A stretch of 46,308 nt of DNA, filler included, from Hypanus sabinus (lineage: Eukaryota): NCBI RefSeq assembly GCF_030144855.1. It is 2 parts of 2 records of this genome, joined end to end, with 100 filler letters (N's around TTAATTAATTAA, not from the genome) between each part and the next. Parts side by side here need not be neighbours in the genome. Positions count along the whole stretch, not along the records: positions 1 to 28,481 come from NW_026780679.1; 1 more part is not named here. One strand, written 5' to 3'. Shown here piece after piece: positions 1 through 10,400 of the stretch. A program made the translations under genes and the position numbers. Position 1 is the first letter of the stretch. Each line of letters opens with the position of its first letter. The notes below the pieces were generated by a model. That model was not told the origin of the DNA. It made no database searches and was given only the letters and a program-made list of their open reading frames with translations.

Positions 1-835
1 TGAGTGGGCAGATGCATGGCAGATGCAGTTTAATGTGGATAAATGTGCGGTTATCCACTTTGGTGGCAAAACATGAAGGCAGATTACTAACTGAATGGTG
101 TCAAGTTTGGAAAAGACGAAGAACAACAAGATCTCGGTGTTCTTGTTCATCAGTCACTAAAAGTAACCATGCAGGTACAGCCGGCAGTGAAGAAAGCTAA
201 TGGCATGTTGGCCTTCATAACAAGGGGAGTTGAGTACAGGAGCAAAGAGGTTCTTCTGCAGTTCTACAGGGCCCTGGTGAGACCACACCCGGATTATTGT
301 GTTCAGTTTTGGTCTCCAAATTAGAGGAAGGATCATTCTTGCTATTGAGGGAGTCCATCGTAGGTTCACGAGGTTGATTCCCGCCATCCCGGGAAAGATT
401 GGAGCGACTGGGCATGAATACATTGGAAGTTAGAAGGAGGAGAGGAGACCTGATTGAAACATATAAGATGATTAAGAGATTGGACACGCTAGAGGCAGGA
501 AACATGTTCCCGATGTTGGGGGGAGTCCAGAATCAGAGGCCACAGTTTAAGAATAAGGGGTAGGCCGTTTAGAACGGAGTTGAGGAAAAACTTATTTTCA
601 CCCAGAGAGTTGTGGATCTGTGGAATGCTCTGCCTCGGAAGGCAGTGGAGGCCAAGTCTCTGGATGAATTCAAGAACAAGTTAGATAGAGCTCTAATAGA
701 TAGCGGAGTCAAGGGATACGGGGAGAGGGCAGGATTATTGGCACTGATTGTGGATGATCAGCCATGATCACATTGAATGGCGGTGCTGGCTCGAAGGACC
801 GAATGGCCTACCTCTGCGTCTAATGACTATTGTCA
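1..835 (+). mobile_element. CR1-type LINE remnant (RT C-terminus and 3' end); copies about 8035-8945, 16440-16700 (truncated), 22670-23580
   Basis: Broken frame reads WADAWQMQFNVDKC...DLGVLVHQSLKV..QVQ..VKKANGMLAFITRGVEYRSK, typical of CR1 ORF2; stops and frameshifts. Confidence 0.88.
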
Positions 836-879
836 TGTCAACTGCTCTGTAATGTCCCAAAACCTGAATTCCATGATGT

Positions 880-1085
880 GACTGATGGAGGCCAGCTTGT
901 CAAACGGCTGCTTCAGCGCCGGGTCGGATGGCGCTGGAAGCGATTCCAATGGGGTCTTTTAAAGCCTCTTCTAGAGATACACGGAGCTTTGGAACATAGA
1001 GGGCTATGCGCTAGGGAAATTCTAAGCCGTTCCTGCACCAGGTTGAATGGTCGGTACAACATTATGCTGCAGATTCCTATGGTCT
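880..1085 (+). mobile_element. Short LINE 3'-end fragment (CR1-like); copies about 8990-9200 and 23625-23835
   Basis: Resembles fish CR1 3' UTRs (gagggctatgcg...ggtcggtacaacattatg). Confidence 0.45.
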
Positions 1086-1584
1086 GTGTTTTATTTTCCA
1101 GGTGTAACTGCTTTTCTCGGACACTGTGTGCGCTGACTACCTACATCAGTGCCCCTCAGGATTGCCTGCTCGACTCTCAGGAATACTGGGTTTGCACTGG
1201 TCAAACCCCACACAGGGTACGGTCTCCTCTCCTTACTACAATGGAGTGCTGGCACTAACCTGCTTGGTCACCCTCTCAACACCTGTTACCGCCGACCAGC
1301 AACCCAGGATCCGGATCATTTCATGCATTCTCTGCCCATTTAGTTCATCTCCCCAAGGCCCAGCATCTCACGCTTATCCCTCTGAAACTCTGCAATTTCC
1401 CCGCAACCATTCCAGAAAATGGCATAAAGACTCCGCAGATGGGGCGGCATCTGCGGGAAGCGTCCCGGTTAATGCTCCCGGACTGCGTTATTCCAGCAGG
1501 AGGCCGAGATGAGTGATTATATCATTCACCTCCCAGACATCGCAACGTCTACGGCAAAAGACAACGTTTCCGCAACGGCGGCAT

Positions 1585-3480
1585 TACATAAGAACATAAA
1601 TACATAGGAAATTGGAACATGGGTAGGCCATCCGGCCCATCGAAACAGCCCCGCCATTCAATAAGATTATGGCTGATCTGTCCGTAAACTTAGCTCCTTT
1701 TCACCAGAACCCATAATCCTCCTACTATGTAAAAACCTATCTAACTGTACCTTAAATATGTTTAGTGAAGAACCGTCAACTGCTTTCCGGGGCAGGGAAT
1801 TCCGCAGATTCACCACTCTAGGGGAAAAACATTTTCTCCGCATCTCCATCCATGGGGTAACTTATCAAACGCCTTGCTGAAATCCATATACACTACATCC
1901 ACTGCTCTTCCTGCATCAATGTGTTTAGTCACATCCTGATAAATTCATTGAGGCACGTAAAGCACGACCTGCCCTTTAGAAAGACATGGTGACTACTCCT
2001 AAACACATTATACCTTCTAATCATACTGTACATCTACACATGTTCATAAATCCTGTCTCCCAGGATCTTCTCCATCAACTTACCAACCATTGAGATAAGA
2101 TTCACTGGTCTATAGTTTCCTGGGCTATACCTACTCGCTTTCTTGACTAAAGGAACAACATTCACAACACTCCAGTCCTCGGGATCATCTCCCGTCCCCA
2201 TTGATGATGCAAAGATCGTCGCCAGATGCTCGGCAATCTCCACCCCTGACTCCCACAGAAGCCTGGGGTACATTGCATCCGTTCCCATCGACCTATCCAC
2301 CGTGATGCTTTCCAGAAGCTCCAGCACCTCCTCTTTCTTAATATCTTTATGCTCAAGCTTTTCAGTCTGCTGGAAATCATCACGACAATCTCCAAGATCA
2401 TTTTTCCACAGTGAATACTGAAGTAAAGTATTCATTAAGTCCCTCTTCTATTTCCTTCGGTTCCATCCACACTTTCCAACTGTCACACTTGATAGGTCCT
2501 CTTCTTTCACGTCTTATCCTCTTCCTTTTCGCATACTTGTAGAATGCCTTGGGGTTTTCCTTAATTCTGCTCTCCATGGCCTTCTCATGGCCCCTTCTGG
2601 CTCTCCTATTTTCCTTCTTAAACTCCTTCCTGGTAGCCTTATAACCTTCTACATCTCTCACATTACCTAGCTCTCTCAACACTTTTGTAATTTTTTCTTT
2701 TCTTCTTGACTAAATTAATTTCAGCCTTTGTATCCAACGGTTCCTGCACCCGACCATAACTTCACTCTCATTGGAACGTAACTATACAGAACTCCACACA
2801 AATATCCCCAGAATATTTGCAACATTTCTTCCGCACTGTTCCCTGAGAACATCTGTTTCCAATTTATGCCTCCGAGTTCGTGCCTGATAGCCTCAGAATT
2901 CCCCTTACTCCAATTAAACACTTTTCCAACTTGTCTGTTCCTATCTCACTCCAATGCTGTTGGAAAGGAGATCGAATTATGATCACTATCTCCAAAATGT
3001 TCTCCCACTGACAGATCTGACACCTGACCAGGTTCATTTCCCAAGGACCAGGTTCAGTTCATTGCCGATCCAGCAAATAATATAATAAAAACACTCCTTT
3101 TTAAAAAATGTGCATCTTTGGTTACGCTCCGGAGAAGCCTTTGATGTCGATCGCCCCACCACTTCATGGGGAGAGCCGCATGCTCTCTCTAACTGGGACT
3201 TTAAAGCCCTGGTTAAGGAAACTTTCTTCAACACATTTAACAAACGGCTTCCGATCTCGACCTTCTACACAACGGAGTCCCAGTCAATAGTTCGAAAGTT
3301 AAAATCACCTAATATTACAACCTTATCTTTCTTGTAACGGGATGCTATGTCACCAGAAATTTACTGCGTTTACTGTTCGACTTTCTATACCATAATCCGG
3401 TTAACGTGGTTATATTTTCTTGTTTCTCAGTTCTACCCATGATGAATCACCGGCCGATCTCCCCAGTCTGCAATGACTGA
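1585..3480 (-). mobile_element. Degraded CR1 LINE, endonuclease to RT to 3' end with internal deletions; copies about 9695-11790, 17108-18120 (deleted), 24330-26425
   Basis: WVELRNKK and VILGDFN-like endonuclease remnants, KENPKAFYKY linker, PEDWSVVNVVPL.KK....PGNYRPV.LISMVGKLMEKIL RT start, CR1 3' tail. Confidence 0.88.
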
Positions 3481-3784
3481 GCATTGCCGAGGCAATTTCC
3501 AAAACTGGAAATGCCAGACACCCCCCCACCCCCCCCCCAACTTCATCATCTCGGTCTATCCCGGCGACAAAAGCGGAACCCCGGATCGCAGCTGCCAGCC
3601 CTACCCATTCTTCAACCAATGACTCCTGAAGTGTGAGGTCCGTCCCCTGGTGCTGTCTGTACAGCGGTGTTAACCAATCAGAATCGGTGACGTAGTTAGT
3701 GCAGCACCCTCAGCCGCGTCATAACGTTTGACACGTTATCATAACGCCAGAGATTCTGCACATGCCGGGAATCCAAAGGAACGC

Positions 3785-4230
3785 ATTCGCAATGCTGGGG
3801 GAGATCAGCACGCCTGGCAGCATCCATGGAAATGACCGCCACGGGCCGTGACGCTTCCCCGGGATCGGGAAGGAAATTAGAAGAAGCCAAACGAAAAAGT
3901 TAAGGGGAGGAGGAAGTGGTTTGACAAGAAATGAATCGGTAGATGCCATGTGGTTGAGAAATGTCAGGGACAGGTGATGAAGGAATCTGATATGGGAGGT
4001 GAGTGAACGAAAGGGGAAAGGAAAGGAGGACCGTCACTTGGGGTAGAAGGTGATAGCCGGGTGAGATGAGGTAAGAGATCACAGTGGGGAATGGAAGAAG
4101 AGGGGAGCTTGAGAGATTTTTTTCAAACGGAAGGAGAAATTGATACTCACGTTATCAGGTTCGATTTGCCCAGATGGAATATAAGGTGCTACTGCCCACC
4201 CTCTAACATCGCGGTCTAATCTGGTGTCAC
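3785..4230 (-). mobile_element. Penelope-like element 3' part; copies about 12070-12495, 18425-18865, 26705-27130
   Basis: Q.HLIFHLG GIY-YIG C-terminal remnant plus the tail aatgctgggggagatcagcacgcctggcagcatccatgg. Confidence 0.7.
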
Positions 4231-5654
4231 TTACTTCGTAATCTATCTCTGTCTCTATCCGAGACACGGGCATGTGCGGAGATGGTGAAGGAATCGGTGA
4301 TGGCAATCGTTATTCGCTTTAATTCGGCTCGGTATTTGTCGAAGATTTCGTGTACGGAACGCCTGTTGTTCTGCTTGCCACCAGCAGGAGGTCGCTGTTT
4401 GGAGAGAAAAGGAAAGGATTGTTTTTCCCCAGTTGGTGTGTGGATTGCCGTTTCGAAAAGTAACCTCCTGGGCATGCGCAGTTCCTTCGACCGCTTCCCG
4501 AGGATGATTAATTGTTTATGTTTGGGCAAGCTCTCGTATTTGACCATGTTTCGGAGTAGTTTCGTTTAGTATCGTGGGGAGTTTGAAGCTCTATTCGTTT
4601 TTAACACTTTTACTTAACTTGCAGGGATTAAATCAGCACGGTATTCTGAATGGTCGTCATTGCAGTTGCTGTCTTTGGGGATCGTTGCTTCGACTGGCCC
4701 CTGATGTTGTCTAAGTAGTCATCAATCCCTACGGGATTTCCTAAGGGGGTATTTCGAGCTGGCTGATAGGGGCGGGTGCGTCTTGCTAATCTCTCTTTAC
4801 TCGTTCGCTCCGAATCCTTGTCTGACCAAGGTCCTCTTGTATCCTTAGTGTTTTCAGTCCTTCAAGATTCTGAAGTGAACCTGAGCTCCGTTTTGCTTTG
4901 CTAGTTGATTTTTTTAATACATCTTTGCTTCAGTTTTGAATTGCCGAAGTCCCTGTCATTCCTGCACCCGAGTGTCACTGACGATTACGTGTTTTCTTCT
5001 ATTTCATTTCATTTAGAGATACAGCGCGGCAGATATTCGAACTGAGAGGTGAAGCCAGAGCTCCTGGGTGGGGTGGGGATGGGGGTGGGGAGTCAGACGT
5101 AGTCACGTGGATAAAGTACCATCTCCTGACAGCGAGAACCAGAGTTCAGTTCGTAACTCCGGGATAGATAAATGCCCCTCAGGCTGATGCACAGTAACGG
5201 TCTCATAGGCGCATGCGCCGAAGGCCGTCAAGTGGGAACAGTGTAAATGGACATCTTGTTTGGCGAGGATCAGATGGGCGGCGAAGTTTCTTCACGTGTG
5301 AGCTTCCGTGCATGAACCAGATTCAAGCTGATCCCAAAGGTTAATTGGGCAAATTTCAAAGTGTCTATCGATGCACCTCGATCGGAACCGCATCCATATC
5401 TCGCCCAGGCTTTCCGCTCCGGAGACACACCACCCTCCGTGCAAGAAAATCGTTCCTTAAAACATTCCTCACTCTCATCTAAAGCGGATGAGAGCCGGGG
5501 CATGACATTTATTCACACAGTGGAAGCATCTTTGACTCACGACTCCATCAGCGCCTCTCATAATCATATAAATGTACATCACGGCCAATGAAAGCTTTGA
5601 ACTCGGGCACACTCCGGAGTTATAACCGCGACGCGCTACCTGCTATTACAACTG

Positions 5655-6325
5655 CTTTGTAAAGGTCGTGCTTGGGAAGGTGTTAGCGTCCATTATTAAG
5701 GATGAGGTTTCGTGGTACTTGGAGTCTTTCAATAAAATAAGAACTACTTTTTTTGTGAAGGAAAATCTTGCGTGACTAAGAGTCCTTCGAGGAAGTAACA
5801 AACAGGGTGGACAAAGGAAAGACAGTGGATGTCATTTAGTTGGATTTTCACACTGGATTTGATAAGGCGCCACAAATGAGGACGGGAAACATGATAAAAT
5901 CCGATGGCGTTACAGGTCAGATACTGGCCTGGAGGGAGGAATGGCTGACAGGCTGGAGGTAGGGAGTGGGAATAAAAGGGGCCTTTTCTGGTTGGTTGCC
6001 GGTGATTAGTGATGTCCGTCAGGGGTCAGTATTGGGACCGCTACTTTTCACAATGTTTGTCAATTATTTGAATAATTGAATTGATGACTTTGTCTCGAAG
6101 AGTGAAGATGATCCGAAGATAAGCTGAGGGGCAGGTAGTGCTGAGGAGACATTTCGTTTACAGCAGGATCTAGACAACTTGGAAGAATGGCCAGTAAACT
6201 GTCAGATGGAATACAGCGTTGGGAAATGTATGATAATGCATTTTGGTTAAAGGAACAATAGTGAGGACTATTGAGGACTATTATCTAAACGGGGAGAATG
6301 TTCAAACATCAGAGCTGCAGACTGT
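5655..6325 (+). mobile_element. CR1 RT core remnant; copies about 13920-14590 and 20290-20960
   Basis: FEEVT.RVDKG..VDV..LDF...FDK.P, QGSVLGPLLFTMFV and degenerate FADDTK motifs. Confidence 0.88.
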
Positions 6326-6442
6326 GTTAAATAAGGCAAAAGCAAGGTCCGTGCCGGCTGTATCGTGTTCATTCCTATTGGAGCGAAGTGCGCCTATTAT
6401 CCCCCGGCGCAAAAGCACATTAAATGCTGTAAACCAGGCTAA

Positions 6443-6457
6443 CCAGAGGGGGGCGCC
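6443..6457 (+). promoter_or_regulatory. CTCF-like site 3' of V1 (copies at 14709-14723 and 21078-21092)
   Basis: CCAGAGGGGGGCGCC, one mismatch to the CTCF core; TGCTGT upstream-motif-like sequence 18 bp 5'. Confidence 0.55.
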
Positions 6458-6581
6458 ATCCCCGCCGTGATCGGAAGAACCGCCCCATCATTTGATTGAC
6501 ATCCTCTGTCGTCACGCTTCTCAGTGCGGAGGCTGCCTGCCCTGTTTTTATTGACAGCCCCGCCCCTCTGGCAACGTTGGA

Positions 6582-6620
6582 GGTTTTTGTTCGGCTTCAC
6601 CATCTGTTCGGGCGGCTGTG
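6582..6620 (-). other. 23-RSS of V1
   Basis: Heptamer CACAGCC (6620-6614), 23-bp spacer, nonamer ACAAAAACC (6590-6582). Confidence 0.97.
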
Positions 6621-7188
6621 TAGACTCCAGGCGCAGAAATAACGAGCCGAGTGATTCGCAGTCAAACTTTTAGAAATCAGGTTGAACTGGTTGTTCTTCC
6701 TCTGGGCCGTTAACCCGTCCGCTGTTTCCTTCGGGTCCAGATGCCTTTCAATTGAGGAATAAAACAGGTTCTGAGGGCCACTCCCCGGATACTGTCTGTA
6801 CCAGTACATGGTATCAGTATTACCCCCTCCTTCCGCCGTGCACTGTAACTCCATTCCGCTGCCGGGCATGGCGGAGAGTGCGGGTGGAGTCTGCCTGACG
6901 GTCACCGAGTTCCCACCTGTGGACAGAGAGCGGAAAACCGGTGAGGAATTAGAGACGTGTTGACCGAGTGGGGAGACGCGACTGGCGGAAAGAGACGAAC
7001 GTGTAACGAGGCAGGGAGACTGTCAGTTATCGGCTGGGTGGGGGAGCCTGGGAAGAGAAATAATCGAGAAGAGAGAATCTGATGAATGTGGAAGCGTGAG
7101 AGGGGAGAAATTAGATAGTGATCGAAATGAACTAACAGCCAAACCAGGACACGATCCACAGGAACAGAAACATCTTTTCCCGGTTCAT
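6621..7188 (-). CDS. TRBV: TCR beta V gene segment V1, intact (leader 7188-7137, intron, V exon 6916-6621)
   Basis: Leader MNREKMFLFLWIVSWFG, phase-1 donor GTTAGT, acceptor tccacAG. V exon (C)GNSVTVRQTPPALSAMPGSGMELQCTAEGGGNTDTMYWYRQYPGSGPQNLFYSSIERHLDPKETADGLTAQRKNNQFNLISKSLTANHSARYFCAWSL has Cys, WYRQ and YFCAWS, no stops, and is followed by a 23-RSS. Confidence 0.93.
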
Positions 7189-7261
7189 TCTCTCCAATGT
7201 TGACGGGGAAGAGGTGGTAAAGGGGAGGTAGGATGAGGCAGATTCGCACTTTACCCGTGGA

Positions 7262-7295
7262 TGTGAAATTATATATCGTTGATAAGCCACGACCC
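7262..7295 (-). promoter_or_regulatory. V1 promoter (both elements mutated; same in V3 at 21897-21930)
   Basis: TGTGAAATTA and GCCACGACCC at the positions homologous to the V2 elements. Confidence 0.5.
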
Positions 7296-7410
7296 TTCCC
7301 CTGATATAACCAATCCGAATCAATGTGACGGTCAATGTAATTCGGTCCGAGGCTCTATATCTACTATATCTGCACTATTGAAGTTCATGTTAACAGCCGT
7401 AGTGATAGCG

Positions 7411-7454
7411 CTCCCTCTCTCTCGCTCTCTCTCTCTCTCGCTCTCTCTCTCTCG

Positions 7455-7497
<43 letters not shown>

Positions 7498-7498
7498 C
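7411..7498. repeat. (CT)n microsatellite upstream of the V1 promoter; copies 15668-15763 (runs into a gap) and 22046-22133
   Basis: Direct reading. Confidence 0.95.
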
Positions 7499-10400
7499 AT
7501 TTCTCGGTGGTGTATCACGGGGTCTGTAGTTCACCGAAGAACAATTGTTTTCCTACAACCGTCTGACTCCGGAACCAGCGCGGATGTCTTCACTCGCCTC
7601 CACCGTAACCTCCAAGCTGCGCGGGTGGGCGGCCGGGCGGTAACTGAAATGTCCCCGGCGCACATCTCCTTTGCCGGCGCGCAGCTGGAAATGTATTTTA
7701 TGAGAATGTCTTGTAAAAGCGCCGCGCGGTTTTCCGGGCCGTGTTATACAAATCCTGTTCGGAGCAATGGCTGGGCCACGCAGCTGACATAAAATGAAGG
7801 GACCGTTTCTCACCTCAACACTAAATTAACTCCACGACCAATGGGCTCACTTTAAAGGACTCTACCAATCAGATTCTTAGGATGATTTATTCATCTCTGT
7901 TATTTACATGATTCATCTTCGCTTCTACGTTGGTTGCCTTCAGTCTTTGTTTATGTTTGGTGTTGCATTATTTTTATTGTATTTCTAATTTTCCTGTAGA
8001 CTAATAACGTAGTAGAATGGATTAAAACTAACTTTAGCAAATTTGCAGAAAGCTGAGTGGCAGTGTGAAATATGAGGAGGATGTTGGGAGAATGCAGGGT
8101 GATCTGGACAGGTTGGGTGAGTGGGAGATGCATGGCAGTTGCAGTTTAATGTGGATAAATGTGCGGTTATCCACTTTGGTGGGAAAACATGAAGGCAGAT
8201 TACTATCTGAATGGTGTCAAGTTTGGAAAAGACGAAGAACAACAAGATCTAGGTGTTCTTGTTCATCAGTCACTGAAAGTAACCATGCAGGTACAGCCGG
8301 TAGTGAAGAAAGCTAATGGCATGTTGGCCTTCATAACAAGGGGAGTCGAGTACAGGAGCAAATAGGTTCTTCTGCTGTTGTACAGGGCCCTGGTGAGACC
8401 ACACCCGGACTATTGTGTTCAGTTTTGGTCTCCAAATTAGAGGAAGGAGCATTCTTGCTATTGAGGGAGTCCAGCGTAGGTTCACGAGGTTGATTCCCGC
8501 CATCCCGGGAAAGATTGGAGCGACTGGGCATGTATACATTGGAATTTAGAAGGAGGAGAGGAGATCTGATTGAAACATATAAGATTATTAAGGGATTGGA
8601 CACACTAGAGGCAGGAAACATGTTCCCGATGTTGGGGGGAGTCCAGAATCAGAGGCCACAGTTTAAGAATAAGGGGTAGGCCGTTTAGAACGGAGTTGAG
8701 GAAAAACTTATTTTCACCCAGAGAGTTGTGGATCTGTGGAACGCTCTGCCTCAGAAGGCAGTGGAGGCCAGTTCTCTGGATGAATTCAAGAAAGAGTTAG
8801 ATACAGCTCTTATAGATAGCAGAGTCAGGGGATACGGGGAGAAGGCAGGATCATTGGCACTGATTGTGGATGATCAGATTGAATGGCGGTGCTGGCTCAA
8901 AGGACAGAATGGCCTGCCCCTGTGTCTATTGTCTAATGTCTATTGTCTTGTCAACTGCTCTGTAATGTCCCAACACCTGAATTCCATGATGTGACTGATG
9001 GAGGCCAGCTTGTCAAATGGCTGCTTCAGCGCCGGGTCGGATGGCGCTGGAAGCGATTCCAATGGGGTCTTTTAAAGCCTCTTCTAGAGATACACGGAGC
9101 TTAGGGACATAGAGGGCTATGCGCTAGGGAAACTCTAAGCCGTTCCTGGACCAGGTTGAATGGTCGGTACCACATTATGCTGCAGATTCTTATGGTCTGT
9201 GTTTTATTTTCCAGGTGTAAATGCTTTTCTCGGACACTGTGTGCGCTGACTACCTACACCAGTGCCCCTCAGGATTGCCTGCTCGACTCTCAGGAATACT
9301 GGGTTTGCACTGGTCAAACGCCACACAGGGTACGGTCTCCACTCGATACTACAATGGAGTGCTGGCACTAACCTGCTTGCTCACCCTCTCAACACCTGTT
9401 ACCGCCGTCCAGCAACCCAGGATCCGGCTCATTTCTTGCATTCTCTGCCCACTTAGTTCATCTCCCCAAGGCCCAGCATCTCACGCTTATCCCTCTGAAA
9501 CTCTGCAATTTCCGCGCAACCATTCCAGAACATGGCATAAAGACTCCGCAGGTGGGGCGGCATCTGCGGGAAGCGGCCCGGTTAATGCTCCCGGACTGCG
9601 TTATTCCAGCAGGAGGCCGAGATGAGTGATTGTATCATTCACCTCCCAGACATCGCAACGTCTACGGCAAAAGACAACGCTTCCGCACGGAGACATTACA
9701 TAAGAACATAAATACATAGGAAATTGGAAAATGGGTAGGCCATCCGGCCCATCGAAACAGCCCCGCCATTCAATAAGATTATGGCTGATCTGTCCGTAAA
9801 CTCAGCTCCTTTTCCCCAGAACCCTTAATCCTCCTACTATGTAAAAACCTATCTTACTGTGTCTTAAATATGTTTAGTGAAGAACCGTCAACTGCTTTCC
9901 GGGGCAGGGAATTCCGCAGATTCACCACTCTTGGGGAAAAACATTTTCTCCGCATCTCCATCCTAAATCTACTGCCCTGAACTTACGGGGAGTGGACAAG
10001 AGAATTCTCCTGAAACGTTTACTAAATCGGCCATTATGGAAAGGCGGAACATGCCAAGTCTCAGCCTTACAAAACGTGTCGCCTGTGGACAAGCCAGTTG
10101 TGGATCCACAAAGCAATGTCCCCTTGGATCCCATGCCTACTTACCTTGTCAAAAAGCCTTGCATGGGGTACCTTAGCAAATATCTTGCTGAAATCCATAT
10201 ACACTACATCCACCGCTCTTCCTGCATCAATGTGTTTAGTCATACCCTGATAAATTCATTGAGGCTCGTAAAGCACGACCTGCCCTTTAGAAAGCCATGG
10301 TGACTACTCCTAAACACATTATACCTTCTAATCATACTGTACATCTACACATGTTCATAAATCCTGTCTCCCAGGTTCTTCTCCATCAACTTACCAACCA

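Noticed and set aside
1101-1128. CACTGTG with a possible 12-bp spacer (J/D-type RSS)
   Set aside because: The nonamer position reads GGTGTAACT (5/9) and no J or D coding sequence follows.
4227-4569. 106-aa minus-strand ORF and overlapping plus-strand ORF open in all four cassettes
   Set aside because: Cassettes are too similar for ORF retention to be informative, the start is not ATG-supported by context, and it abuts the Penelope remnant (FTIS...SDRDR resembles Penelope N-terminal sequence). Probably transposon-derived.
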